From an uncultured SAR86 cluster bacterium (GTDB lineage Bacteria > Pseudomonadota > Gammaproteobacteria > Magnimaribacterales > D2472), in contig CACJCN010000005.1 in the NCBI GenBank assembly GCA_902591925.1, positions 19,212 to 83,211 on the forward strand: a stretch of 64,000 bases of DNA, read 5' to 3'. Under the pieces are notes generated by a model. The model worked only from the letters and a program-made list of their open reading frames with translations, ran no database searches and was not told the DNA's origin. The first letter of the stretch is position 1. Each line of letters opens with the position of its first letter. The translations under genes and the position numbers were made by a program. Below, piece by piece: positions 27,747 to 37,802 of the stretch.

Positions 27747-28831
27747 TATGATTCTATGAAATTTGTAATTAAATTTGAGTAAGTTTCTGAATTAAAAAGA
27801 AAACTATCGTGTCCATGATCCCCTTGGAGAACCACAAAAGAGGATTTTATATTATTATTCATTGCAGCAATCTGTATTTCCTTCCCTCTTTCTGGTGGAT
27901 ATAGCCAATCTGAGTAAAAACCCACAATTAAAAACTCAGCTTTCACATCTTTTAAAGCCTCATCTAGCGTTTTACTTTTTCCAGCATCATAACTATCCAT
28001 TACTTTTGTCATTAAAATGTATGAATTCGCGTCAAATAGCTCTGAGAACTGTTCACCTTTATATTGCAAATAATTTTCAACCTCGAAGCTCACAGACTCT
28101 TCAACTTTTGAACCTTCATCTTGAAATTTTCTCCCAAATCTTGAATCCATATGCTCTTCTGAAAGATATGTAATGTGACCAAGCATTCTTGCAGTCTTGA
28201 GCCCATTTTTAGGTATAACGTCGTGCTCATAATAATTTCCATTATGAAAATTTTCATCTTTTCTTATAGATTCTCTTGCAACTTCATTCATAGCAATATT
28301 CTGAGAACTAGATTTTGCAGCTGCAGCAAAAATTCCAGCTTTTTTAACCTTATCTGGATATGAAATTGACCATTGCAGGGCCTGCATTCCGCCCAGACTT
28401 CCACCTGCTACAAAATGCCAACACTCTATGTTTAATTTATCCATAAGCATTTTTTGTGAGTTAACCCAATCCAAGACACTTACTTGAGGAAAAGATTTTC
28501 CAAATATTTTTTGCGATGAAGGATTAATTGAAGATGGTCCCGAGGAACCAGCACATCCACCTAGATTATTGCAACAGACAATAAAATATTTATTGGTGTC
28601 GATTGATTTACCAGGACCAACTAATTGATCCCACCAACCAGTTCCAAAATCTTCAGAACTTCCTGCTGCGTGATGATTGCCTGAAAATGCATGACATAGA
28701 AGAATTGCATTTGATTTACCTTCATTAAGTTCACCATAGGTTTCTAGCATTAAATCAAATGAATTTAGCTTCTCACCTGATTCAAGCTCAATTCCTTCTG
28801 AAAAATGAACTAATTTTGTTTCTGTCTTCAT
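27746..28831 (-). CDS. metX: Homoserine O-acyltransferase MetX (acetyl or succinyl specificity not resolvable)
   Basis: NAILLCHAFSGNHH, the GGSLGGMQAL nucleophile elbow, and the D..H catalytic tail. Confidence 0.9.
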   Translation of the reverse strand: MKTETKLVHFSEGIELESGEKLNSFDLMLETYGELNEGKSNAILLCHAFSGNHHAAGSSEDFGTGWWDQLVGPGKSIDTNKYFIVCCNNLGGCAGSSGPSSINPSSQKIFGKSFPQVSVLDWVNSQKMLMDKLNIECWHFVAGGSLGGMQALQWSISYPDKVKKAGIFAAAAKSSSQNIAMNEVARESIRKDENFHNGNYYEHDVIPKNGLKTARMLGHITYLSEEHMDSRFGRKFQDEGSKVEESVSFEVENYLQYKGEQFSELFDANSYILMTKVMDSYDAGKSKTLDEALKDVKAEFLIVGFYSDWLYPPERGKEIQIAAMNNNIKSSFVVLQGDHGHDSFLFNSETYSNLITNFIES

Positions 28832-29352
28832 ACTATTGACCTAAGCATATCCGATAAGAAGGATTCAATTAGATTAATTAAAATCAAAACAAAAAGAGGA
28901 GAAAAGTCTAGACCTCCAGCTGATGGAATATAGTTCCTTATTGGCATTAAAGACTTATATGATATTTCCTCAATTAACTCTAAAAAAGCATTTGAGCTTG
29001 ATGGAGATACCCAACTTAAGATCACGCCACCAATTACTGCAAAGAATATAATCCTTAAAATAATCATTATAGTTTGAATTACTGCCACCCCTAACAATGT
29101 TGTAAGTACATACTGATCACCAAAATATATGACAAGAGATGAAAGCTTAAATACTATGGCCAAGATTAAAATATTAAGAGCTTGAATTGGTAAGGGTGAA
29201 AATATTTTTGCTATGGGGCTATAAGCTTTAACGAATATTGAAACAATTTGGTTGTAATAATTTACTTTCAATAAATTAAAGATGAAAAGAAAAACAACGG
29301 CGTAATTTAATATACTTAAAATAAGCCCAAGTATTTGCATATTAGAATTCAT
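28828..29352 (-). CDS. yggT: YggT family membrane protein
   Basis: Position after proC. About 4 TM. C-terminal GG.DFSP motif. Start uncertain (29385, 29352 or 29340); the internal ATGs minimise overlap with proC. Confidence 0.8.
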   Translation of the reverse strand: MNSNMQILGLILSILNYAVVFLFIFNLLKVNYYNQIVSIFVKAYSPIAKIFSPLPIQALNILILAIVFKLSSLVIYFGDQYVLTTLLGVAVIQTIMIILRIIFFAVIGGVILSWVSPSSSNAFLELIEEISYKSLMPIRNYIPSAGGLDFSPLFVLILINLIESFLSDMLRSIV

Positions 29353-30130
29353 TTGAAATTTCCTTTGATCTTTTGATCGCAGCATTTAATCCTTTTTCAA
29401 AGATTTGATTTAAATTATTGGATTTAAGTGACTTTAGTCCAGCTTCTGTTGTTCCTTTCTTAGAAGCAACTGCTTGAATTAGATTATCCAAATCACCATC
29501 ATTTTCAACGGATGAGCCAACACCTTTCATAAGATTACCAATAATCTCTTTAACAATTTCTTTATCTTGGTTGCATAATCTCAGAAGTTTTTTTTCAAAT
29601 GATTTGAGAGTTTGAAAAAAATATGCGGGACCACTTCCAATGACTCCAGTAAAAGTATCTATTTTTGAGTCATTATTTACTTCAATAACTGTGCCCACTT
29701 TTGAGAAGATAGATGATGCTTTTTTAAAGTTACTTTTTTTGAAAGATGAATTATATAAAGCTGTTATTCCATATCCATATTTTGATGCAGTATTTGGCAT
29801 TGCTCTCATAAATTCAGTTCTACTATCCAGCTTGGTGTATGCAGAGGATTTTATACCAGCAACAAGACTTACAATTTTAGGATTTTTATAGTTATTTAAA
29901 ATTTCTTTGTATGCTTGGATAGCATCTTTTGGCTTTACAGATAAAATAACTATATCTATATCAGAATTTGATTTTTTTAAGCTTTTAACTTTTAAGCTAT
30001 TTAATTTTTTTTGATTTGCAGGATTCCTGTCTACAAAAAAAACATTTTTATTGCTCATTCCATTCAATAGGAGTCCTGAAATTAAAGCTTGTGCAATATT
30101 ACCACCACCAAAAAATAATATATTTTTCAT
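29342..30130 (-). CDS. proC: Pyrroline-5-carboxylate reductase
   Basis: FFGGGNIAQA Rossmann motif, SVKP, MPNT, GSGPAYFF and KGTTEAGL motifs. Confidence 0.9.
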   Translation of the reverse strand: MKNILFFGGGNIAQALISGLLLNGMSNKNVFFVDRNPANQKKLNSLKVKSLKKSNSDIDIVILSVKPKDAIQAYKEILNNYKNPKIVSLVAGIKSSAYTKLDSRTEFMRAMPNTASKYGYGITALYNSSFKKSNFKKASSIFSKVGTVIEVNNDSKIDTFTGVIGSGPAYFFQTLKSFEKKLLRLCNQDKEIVKEIIGNLMKGVGSSVENDGDLDNLIQAVASKKGTTEAGLKSLKSNNLNQIFEKGLNAAIKRSKEISNEF

Positions 30131-30813
30131 GATCTTTTACCAAAAATTGATTCACCAATTCGAAGCATATTAGATCCATGAATTATGGCATCCTCGTAAT
30201 CCGAAGTCGTTCCAAGTGAGACAGCACTTGCATTAGGATAAATTTTTTGTAACTTGACGCTTAAGTTTATAACTTCTTCCATCATATGATCTCTTTCTTT
30301 TTTATCATTTGTTAGTTTTGGGAGAGCCATTATGCCTTTTAAATTAATATTTTCCATAGATTCTACCAATTTTGCTATATCAAAAAGATCATCAGGACTG
30401 CATCCACTTTTTGAATTTTCAGACGAAATATTAATTTGAATACATCCATCTATTACTTTGTTAATTTTTTTACACTCATCATTAAATTTCCTAATAATTT
30501 TTTCCCTTTCGAGGGTATGAATCCAATCAGCATTATTTGCAATTACTTTAACTTTATTGGATTGAATTGGCCCAATGAAATGCCAAACAATATTATCTGA
30601 ATCTATCAATGAAGATTTTTCTTGAAGCTCTTGTGCGTAATTTTCTCCGAAGTTATTGATTCCATTCTCAAGAGCTATCTTAATGTGCTCAAAGCTTTTT
30701 TTCTTAGAAACCGCAATTAAAGTTATTTCATCTCTTCTTCTGTTAATAGATGAGCACAATTCATCGATACTGCTATTAATGGTATTAATATTTTTAATTA
30801 GTTCTCTTTGCAT
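30127..30813 (-). CDS. yggS: PLP homeostasis protein YggS (UPF0001)
   Basis: LIAVSKKK PLP lysine, FGENY.QE, HFIGP.QSNK and LSMG-like SLGTTSDY motifs. Confidence 0.9.
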   Translation of the reverse strand: MQRELIKNINTINSSIDELCSSINRRRDEITLIAVSKKKSFEHIKIALENGINNFGENYAQELQEKSSLIDSDNIVWHFIGPIQSNKVKVIANNADWIHTLEREKIIRKFNDECKKINKVIDGCIQINISSENSKSGCSPDDLFDIAKLVESMENINLKGIMALPKLTNDKKERDHMMEEVINLSVKLQKIYPNASAVSLGTTSDYEDAIIHGSNMLRIGESIFGKRS

Positions 30814-31331
30814 ACAGTTCTTAATCGTGGTTCAAAACCTCTCTTTGTTATTTTTTCTTTAGCATTATTTGCTGCTGATCTATTTATATAGGGGCCTGAT
30901 ATTACACTATTTAATAGCTTTCCAGGCAAAAGTGTACTGTACACCTCGTTTATTGATAGGTTTTCAATATCGCTATTGAGCATTTTAATTGCCTCAAGAG
31001 CATATTTTTTATTTCCGTATGCGCCAATTTGGATAAAGAACTGACACTCTAAAGAATTATTTTCTTCATTAAATTCAATAAGCACTGAATTTTCCATTAA
31101 TGATGAAGGGAAGTCTATGTTTACGGTGTTAGAAGTATTGACATTCTTAATTGATATAACATTCGTCTTGAATAGAAATATTGAACTAAAGGCTAGACCT
31201 ACACTAATAAAAATTAATATCAGGATGGCGCTAGTAGATATTGTCCTTACTGATGGCTTTTTTGAAGTAAAAACAGTTTTTCTTTTAGTCTTCTTTGATT
31301 TATTACTTTTAACATTTGCAAAGTCTTTCAT
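30798..31331 (-). CDS. SPOR domain-containing membrane protein
   Basis: Basic N-terminus, one TM, and a C-terminal SPOR-like repeat (FFIQIGAYGNKKYA...SGPY....A). Confidence 0.65.
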   Translation of the reverse strand: MKDFANVKSNKSKKTKRKTVFTSKKPSVRTISTSAILILIFISVGLAFSSIFLFKTNVISIKNVNTSNTVNIDFPSSLMENSVLIEFNEENNSLECQFFIQIGAYGNKKYALEAIKMLNSDIENLSINEVYSTLLPGKLLNSVISGPYINRSAANNAKEKITKRGFEPRLRTVCKEN

Positions 31332-31335
31332 TTGC

Positions 31336-33069
31336 TTACATTTTTTGCATTGGAGTAATTCCTAATAAATTTAAACCATTTGAAATAACTTGTTTTACAG
31401 CTATTAGGCACTCTAAAATTGATTGTATATTTTCTTCAGATTCAGACAAGACATGATTATCATTATAGAAACTATGAAATAGTTGAGATAAATCTTTTAA
31501 GTAATAGATAATTACATGAGGCTGAAGAGTATTTGAAGATTTATTTACAATATCTGGAAATTTTGAAATTTCATGAATCAGATTGTCACATTCTTTATAA
31601 CTCCCACTGCTAATATTTTTAATATTTCTTTTAATATCAGAGAATTTATCTAAGGCCTTTTCTTCAAGCGAAACGATTCTTGCATGCGCATACTGAATGT
31701 AATAAAAAATATTTTCTTTACTATCTGATTTTGCTAAATCAAGATCAAAATCTAAGTGCTGATCAGCTTGCTTTGATAAATAATAAAATCTCGCAGCATC
31801 CGAACCTATATCTTCTATAAGATTTTTTAACGTAAAAAATTCTCCCGATCTTGTGGACATCTTGACCTTTTTTCCATCCTTGAAAAGATTTGCAAATTGA
31901 ACAAGTTTTACAATTAGTTTGTTTTTATTTGACCCAAGGTTTTCAATAGATGCCTCTATTCTCTTAATATATCCATGATGATCGGCTCCCCAAATATTTA
32001 TTAGCTTGTCAAAACCTCTATCAATCTTATTTTTATGATATGCAACATCAGAGGCAAAATATGTTGCCTTTCCATTATCTCTAACTAAAACTCTATGTTT
32101 ATCATCACCACTTATGTCTGTATTGAGCCAGGTGGCCTTATCTTTCTCATAAGCATGACCATCTTTTTTTAGTTTATTTACTGACAAAGATATATCAGAT
32201 GAGTCATCATCAATCCTACCAAGTGAAGATTCATAAAACCATTTGTCAAAATTTACATTAAATGCTTTTAGATCATCCTCAATTGATTTAACAATTTCTT
32301 TTAATGAGAATTTTTTTATGAGATTCCATGAATTATTATTTAATTTTTCTAATTCAAGAATGATATTATCTATTTCTTCTTCTGGATCCTTACAGGATTT
32401 GATTGAAATTGACTTGAAGTCATCTATTTTTAATTTCTTATCTAATTTTTTTCCAATTTCATCAATGTACTCCCCTTTATATCCATTGGCTGGAAAGTAA
32501 TTATTAATATCATTTTTTATTAATCTTAATATGACGCTTGCTGTCAGAATATCGATTTGTCTTCCAGCATCGTTAACATAGTATTCTTTTTCAACTATTG
32601 AGCCTGTTGATTCAAGAATTCTACCAATTGCATCACCATAGGCAGCTCCTCTTCCATGGCCAACATGAAGAGGGCCAGTGGGATTTGCGGAAACAAATTC
32701 AATTTGTATCTTATTTTTTTTACCAATGTCAGACCTGCCGAATGAATCCTTATTTTTATTAATATATTCAATTATTGATGCAAAATTCTCTCTCTTTAGT
32801 GAGATGTTTATAAATCCTGGCCCTGCAACTTCCACGTTATCAAATTTGTTAATTTTTTTTAATCTTGTTTTAAGTTCCTCGGCTAATTTTTTTGGATTAA
32901 TCTTTAGTATGCTTGCCGTGATCATACATACATTTGTAGTTAAATGACCCTTGTTAAGATCATCTGTTATAGAAGTAGCACATTTTTCCATAATAGAATC
33001 AATATTCTTCTTATTATTTATAATTGAAGATAGAAATATTTCTATTTCTTTATTAATTTCATCAATCAA
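31336..33069 (-). CDS. argS: Arginine--tRNA ligase
   Basis: 577 aa. SANPTGPLHVGHGR (HIGH), MSTRSG (KMSKS-like), and a C-terminal DALR anticodon-binding domain ending in ...M. Confidence 0.95.
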   Translation of the reverse strand: MIDEINKEIEIFLSSIINNKKNIDSIMEKCATSITDDLNKGHLTTNVCMITASILKINPKKLAEELKTRLKKINKFDNVEVAGPGFINISLKRENFASIIEYINKNKDSFGRSDIGKKNKIQIEFVSANPTGPLHVGHGRGAAYGDAIGRILESTGSIVEKEYYVNDAGRQIDILTASVILRLIKNDINNYFPANGYKGEYIDEIGKKLDKKLKIDDFKSISIKSCKDPEEEIDNIILELEKLNNNSWNLIKKFSLKEIVKSIEDDLKAFNVNFDKWFYESSLGRIDDDSSDISLSVNKLKKDGHAYEKDKATWLNTDISGDDKHRVLVRDNGKATYFASDVAYHKNKIDRGFDKLINIWGADHHGYIKRIEASIENLGSNKNKLIVKLVQFANLFKDGKKVKMSTRSGEFFTLKNLIEDIGSDAARFYYLSKQADQHLDFDLDLAKSDSKENIFYYIQYAHARIVSLEEKALDKFSDIKRNIKNISSGSYKECDNLIHEISKFPDIVNKSSNTLQPHVIIYYLKDLSQLFHSFYNDNHVLSESEENIQSILECLIAVKQVISNGLNLLGITPMQKM

Positions 33070-33632
33070 GACTTTGCTCTCCCTACGTAGGTCATGTCCC
33101 TAGTATCCACCTTTATTATTTCATTTTCATTTACAAATAAAGGCACTTGAACCTCAACATTTGTTTCAAGTTTTGCAGTTTTAGTTGCACCTGAAACAGT
33201 ATCTCCTTTTACTCCAGGCTCTGCTTTGATAATTTTAAGCTCAACAATCACTGGAGGATTTACAAGAATAGGCTGACCATTCCACAAAATAACTTCACAT
33301 TTCTCCTGTCCAACTAACCATTTTGAAGCATTTCCTATCTGTGATCCGTTAACTTCAATTTGCTCATAATTATTTTTGTCCATAAAGTGCCAAGAATCAT
33401 TATCCTTATATAAAAATTCCATTTCTTTATGATTTACATCTGCTGCTTCAACACTTTCTCCTGACTTGAAAGTTTTATCATTTGTGTTTCCAGTTAGAAG
33501 ATTTTTATATTTAACTCTCATTACAGCTTGACCTTTTCCTGGTTTATGAAATTCATGTTCTATAATCGAGCAAGGAGCATTATCAATTAATAGCTTTGTA
33601 CCATTTTTAAATTGGTTTGTTGAAATTTTCAT
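33066..33632 (-). CDS. efp: Elongation factor P
   Basis: 188 aa. The HKPGKGQAVMRVK loop carries the modifiable Lys. ATGA overlap with argS. Confidence 0.95.
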   Translation of the reverse strand: MKISTNQFKNGTKLLIDNAPCSIIEHEFHKPGKGQAVMRVKYKNLLTGNTNDKTFKSGESVEAADVNHKEMEFLYKDNDSWHFMDKNNYEQIEVNGSQIGNASKWLVGQEKCEVILWNGQPILVNPPVIVELKIIKAEPGVKGDTVSGATKTAKLETNVEVQVPLFVNENEIIKVDTRDMTYVGRAKS

Positions 33633-33675
33633 TTTAGCTTTATTTTTATGTTATTTTAGTATTGAGGCACATCAT

Positions 33676-34530
33676 ATGAAACAAATAATATTTTTTATTA
33701 TATCGATTTTTTCTTTCTTAATCCCTTGTAGCATTGCATATCTTTCTGGCAATGAAATTGTTTTAAATGCTGTACTAATTGCATTTTTTATTCATTGGAT
33801 CGCATTTATTCCAGCTTATATTTTTCAAACTGAAAAATTTTATGATTTAACTGGAAGTATTACTTATCTAACAGTTGTATGGTTTGCCTTCGTTAGTTCA
33901 TATCAATCTATTTTTAACAATATCGGGAATCTAGTTTTAGCCTTACTTATTTCCTTCTGGACAATAAGACTTGGGACATTTTTATTTATGAGAATTCAAA
34001 AAGATGGAGAGGACAAGAGATTTAGGACAATAAAGCCATCAGCTTCACAATTTTTTATGACATGGACTATTTCAGGTACATGGGTAACATTATGTTCAAT
34101 GTGTGCGCTAGTTGCGATATCTAGCCCTTACGGTGTTGCAATGAATTTCTTAACCTACTTAGGAATAATCTTATTTATATTTGGATTTACCATTGAGATT
34201 ATTGCTGATAACCAAAAATCAGCTTTTAGGTCAATTAAGGCCAATAAAAACAGGTTTATTACTTCAGGTTTATGGTCAAGATCACGCCATCCTAACTATT
34301 TTGGAGAAATATTATTATGGTTTGCTATTGCTATTATCTCATTTTCATCTCTTGAGGGAATTCAAATGATTACATTAATATCTCCATTATTTACTTATTT
34401 TTTACTAGTATACGTAAGTGGAGTAAGGATGCTTGAAGATAGAAGTAATAAAAAATGGGGTGACAATGATGAATATAAGAAGTACAAGAAAGATACCCCA
34501 ATGCTTTTTCCTAAGCTTTTCAACAACTAG
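33676..34530 (+). CDS. DUF1295 membrane protein (steroid 5-alpha-reductase/ICMT-like fold)
   Basis: Polytopic. GLWSRSRHPNYFGEILLW motif. Confidence 0.85.
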   Translation: MKQIIFFIISIFSFLIPCSIAYLSGNEIVLNAVLIAFFIHWIAFIPAYIFQTEKFYDLTGSITYLTVVWFAFVSSYQSIFNNIGNLVLALLISFWTIRLGTFLFMRIQKDGEDKRFRTIKPSASQFFMTWTISGTWVTLCSMCALVAISSPYGVAMNFLTYLGIILFIFGFTIEIIADNQKSAFRSIKANKNRFITSGLWSRSRHPNYFGEILLWFAIAIISFSSLEGIQMITLISPLFTYFLLVYVSGVRMLEDRSNKKWGDNDEYKKYKKDTPMLFPKLFNN

Positions 34531-34674
34531 AAGATATAATCTCTTCTTTGATTTATTTATAAATTAGCAGAAAACACTATCTTATTGGTAAAATAGGAAT
34601 GAATTTAAAATGCAGCAAACATTTTATTTATTAGGTTAGGACTGTTAATATATTCTGACCGAAGGGAGTACATA

Positions 34675-35448
34675 ATGTTTAAATTAATAAAGAATAAATC
34701 TTTAACAGCTTTTTTTTGCTTTATTTTTTCAATTAGCATTAACGCTAATGAAATCATAGCAGAAGTAAATATGGAGAATGTCCTAGAAGTTGGTAGAGAA
34801 AATCAAACTTTGTCAGCCAATTCTCAAGATAAAATTGATCAGACGGAAAGACAAACTGACAAGATCGTTAACGAATATAAAGTTGTTAATAAACAAGTTG
34901 AAGGATTAAAACTTTATAACGAACAGAAAAGAATTCAAATTCAAGCTCAATTGGATCTAATGGATAAGCTTGATGAGCAATTGGTTCAAGTTGTTGTAAT
35001 GCAAAGACAAATTCCGCCTTTGGCTGAAAAAATGCTTGATACATTAGAAACTTTCATTAATCTTGATACTCCTTTTAGATCTGAAGAAAGAAAAGCTAGA
35101 GTTGATTTAGTAAGATCATCTTTAGCTAAACCAAAAGTAACTGCATCTGAACAAGTAAGACAAGTTCTTGAAGCATATAATATTGAAGCGGAGTATGGAC
35201 GTAAAATTGATACTTATGAAGACAAATTAGCTGATGGCACTGTTGTGAACATACTTGTAATAGGAAGAATTGGTATGTTCTATCAAACTAAAGACGAAAG
35301 AACTAGTGGAAGATGGGATAATGAAACTGGAACTTGGGAAGAGCTCCCTGGAAGTTACAGAAAGCCTATTAGAGATGGCATCAGAATGGCTAAAAAATTA
35401 GCACCAACAGATATGTTGTTGATGCCAGTTGTGAAAGGAGAGGCATAA
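34675..35448 (+). CDS. DUF3450 coiled-coil periplasmic protein (TtpB-like, TonB2-system associated)
   Basis: Signal peptide and long coiled coil. First position in a TonB2-type cluster. Family recognised from architecture and context. Confidence 0.65.
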   Translation: MFKLIKNKSLTAFFCFIFSISINANEIIAEVNMENVLEVGRENQTLSANSQDKIDQTERQTDKIVNEYKVVNKQVEGLKLYNEQKRIQIQAQLDLMDKLDEQLVQVVVMQRQIPPLAEKMLDTLETFINLDTPFRSEERKARVDLVRSSLAKPKVTASEQVRQVLEAYNIEAEYGRKIDTYEDKLADGTVVNILVIGRIGMFYQTKDERTSGRWDNETGTWEELPGSYRKPIRDGIRMAKKLAPTDMLLMPVVKGEA

Positions 35449-36836
35449 TGAAAAAGTACTTACCTATATTATTTGTTCTATCCTTAACACTTAATACTTT
35501 TATATTTGCACAAGAATCTGAGAGTGATGAAACAGAAATATCTACTGTTGAAGCGCTTCTTCAACTTGTTAAAGAGGGTAAAACCAAAGAGCAATCTGCA
35601 AATGCAGAACGTGAAGCTAAGTTTATGGCTAATAAAAATGAGCAAGCTGCAATTTTAGCCGCTGAAAAAAGAGAACTAGCAAGACAAGAAAGAATTGCTG
35701 ATCAGCTTGAGGCTGAATATAAAAAGAACGAAGAAATCTTAAGAGTTAAAGAGGAAGCATATCAAAAAGAACTTGGATCTTTGGTTGAACTATTTGGTCA
35801 TCTTCAAAGCTCAGCAGGTGAAGCAGCAGTACAATTTTCTGGTTCTTTGACAAGCCCTCAATATGGTCTTGATAGAGTAGATTTCCTAAATTCACTTACA
35901 TCAAAAATGTCAGAGACTACTGAGTTACCAACTATCAGAGAAATTGAAGGTTTATGGTATGAACTTCAAAGAGAGATGGTTGCAAGTGGACAAGTGGTTT
36001 CTTTTGATACAACTGTAATCGATGTTGATGGCGAGTCTTCAACATGCAATGTTACAAGAGTTGGTTTGTTCAATGCCGTCTGTGATGGTAAATATTTAGA
36101 GTATATTGCTTCTACAGGGCAATACGCATTTTTACCGAGACAACCTGCTGGAAGATTTACAAAAACTGCGAAGAGTGTTGGCAATGCTGATGTTGGAGAG
36201 CAAGTTAGATTTGGTATTGATCCAACAGGACCTACTGGAGGAAGTCTTTTAGCTAATTTAATTCAGACTCCTTCTTTAGCTGAGAGAGCTGCACAAGGTA
36301 GAGAAGTTGGATACGCAATCATTTTTGTTGGTTTAATTGGTATTGGTTTAGCGTTTTGGAAATTGTGGAGTTTATATGTTCTTGGTAAGGCAGTAAGAGC
36401 TCAATCTGGCTCTAAAACATTAGATGTTAGAAATCCTCTTGGAAGAGTTCTTAAGGTTGGTGAAGAAAACTTTAGTAAAGATATTGATACACTAGAGCTA
36501 AAACTTGCTGAAGCTATTATGGCTGAGAGACCATCAATTGAGAGAGGTATTGGCGCAGTTAGAATTATCTCAGTTGTTGCACCTCTTGCAGGTTTATTGG
36601 GAACTGTAACAGGTATGATTGTTACCTTCCAAATGATTACTCTCTATGGAACAGGCGATCCTAAACTTATGGCTGGTGGTATTTCACAAGCACTTGTAAC
36701 AACTGTTTTAGGTTTGCTAGTTGCAATACCTACTACACTTCTTCATTCTTTCGCAGCCTCTTCGGCTAAAGGAATAATTAGTGTACTTGAGGAACAAAGT
36801 ACAGGTATTCTTGCAGAGAGAGCCGAAGGTAGTTAA
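35448..36836 (+). CDS. Long MotA/TolQ/ExbB-family proton channel protein (TtpC-like)
   Basis: 462 aa. About 280 aa periplasmic coiled-coil N-domain, then the ExbB core (LGLLGTVTGMI.TF...GDPKLMAGGISQAL.TT..GL). Confidence 0.8.
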   Translation: MKKYLPILFVLSLTLNTFIFAQESESDETEISTVEALLQLVKEGKTKEQSANAEREAKFMANKNEQAAILAAEKRELARQERIADQLEAEYKKNEEILRVKEEAYQKELGSLVELFGHLQSSAGEAAVQFSGSLTSPQYGLDRVDFLNSLTSKMSETTELPTIREIEGLWYELQREMVASGQVVSFDTTVIDVDGESSTCNVTRVGLFNAVCDGKYLEYIASTGQYAFLPRQPAGRFTKTAKSVGNADVGEQVRFGIDPTGPTGGSLLANLIQTPSLAERAAQGREVGYAIIFVGLIGIGLAFWKLWSLYVLGKAVRAQSGSKTLDVRNPLGRVLKVGEENFSKDIDTLELKLAEAIMAERPSIERGIGAVRIISVVAPLAGLLGTVTGMIVTFQMITLYGTGDPKLMAGGISQALVTTVLGLLVAIPTTLLHSFAASSAKGIISVLEEQSTGILAERAEGS

Positions 36837-36845
36837 TAGTTAATT

Positions 36846-37376
36846 ATGTTTTTTGCTATCACAGAAGCATTCTCGTCCATAAGAGATTTTATGGAAGCGG
36901 GTGGTAGTGTTTTATGGTTAATTGCTATTCTTGTTTTCTTTATGTGGGCAATGATATTTGAAAGAATATGGTATTTTTCTCATGCACATGAGTTTTATAT
37001 TCAAGATTTGTCTGCAAAATGGAATAATAGAACTGATAAAACCTCATGGCATGCCCTTCAAATTAGAGAAAAAATGCTTTCTCAAGCAAAAGTTGAAATA
37101 AATAAAAATTTATCGATCATCCAAACTTGCGTAGTTTTAGCACCATTGTTTGGTTTGTTAGGAACTGTTACAGGAATGATTGAGGTTTTTCAAGTTATGG
37201 CTTTTAATGGAGGAGGTGATGCTAGGGCAATGGCGGGAGGTGTTTCAAAGGCAACACTACCAACAATGGCTGGTATGGTTGTTGCTCTATCAGGTGTATT
37301 TGCCACTATATATTTATCAAGCGCGTCTGACAGACATACAAATGACTTAAGAGAATTAATTAAAAGAGAATTATAG
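36846..37376 (+). CDS. exbB: ExbB (MotA/TolQ/ExbB proton channel)
   Basis: 176 aa. FGLLGTVTGMIEVF and AMAGGVSKATLPTMAGM motifs. Confidence 0.85.
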   Translation: MFFAITEAFSSIRDFMEAGGSVLWLIAILVFFMWAMIFERIWYFSHAHEFYIQDLSAKWNNRTDKTSWHALQIREKMLSQAKVEINKNLSIIQTCVVLAPLFGLLGTVTGMIEVFQVMAFNGGGDARAMAGGVSKATLPTMAGMVVALSGVFATIYLSSASDRHTNDLRELIKREL

Positions 37377-37388
37377 GAGAACAAAAAA

Positions 37389-37799
37389 ATGAGAAGAAAT
37401 GCTATAAGTACTGCTGTTAAGGATGAAGAAAGCGAAATTAATTTAACACCAATGCTTGATGTTGTTTTCATCATGCTAATCTTCTTTATCGTAACAGCTA
37501 ATTTTATAAAAGAACCTGGATTGGAAATTAATAGACCTGATTCAGATACTGCTGAAATTCAAGAAAATGCTGCAATTTTAATTGCGGTTGGAGCAAATGA
37601 CGAAGTTTATATGGATGGAAGAAGAATTGATGTAAGGCAGGTTAAGGCAAATGTTGTTAAAATGCTTGCAGACAATCCACAAGGATCTGTAGTTATTCAA
37701 GCAGACGAAAGGGCAGTAGCAGATACTATTATTAAAGTTATGGATGGAGCTCGAGAAGCTGGAGTTAATGCCATATCTCTAGCATCAGAACCTAAATAG
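37389..37799 (+). CDS. exbD: ExbD/TolR biopolymer transport protein
   Basis: 136 aa. INLTPMLDVVFIMLIFF TM motif and a periplasmic domain ending V.I.AD. Confidence 0.85.
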   Translation: MRRNAISTAVKDEESEINLTPMLDVVFIMLIFFIVTANFIKEPGLEINRPDSDTAEIQENAAILIAVGANDEVYMDGRRIDVRQVKANVVKMLADNPQGSVVIQADERAVADTIIKVMDGAREAGVNAISLASEPK

Positions 37800-37802
37800 A
37801 AT

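Noticed and set aside
27746-28831. SAM riboswitch or leader upstream of metX; glycine or THF riboswitch upstream of the DMGDH-like gene
   Set aside because: The metX ATG overlaps the yggT stop, so there is no leader. The 92-bp region upstream of the DMGDH-like gene is almost pure A/T, with none of the conserved GC-rich riboswitch cores.
34531-34674. Fur box upstream of the TonB2-type cluster
   Set aside because: The best segments, such as AATAGGAATGAATTTAAAA, match the 19-bp GATAATGATAATCATTATC consensus at only about 8 of 19 positions. That is indistinguishable from background in AT-rich DNA. An 11-codon mini-ORF at 34599-34634 was also judged to be chance.
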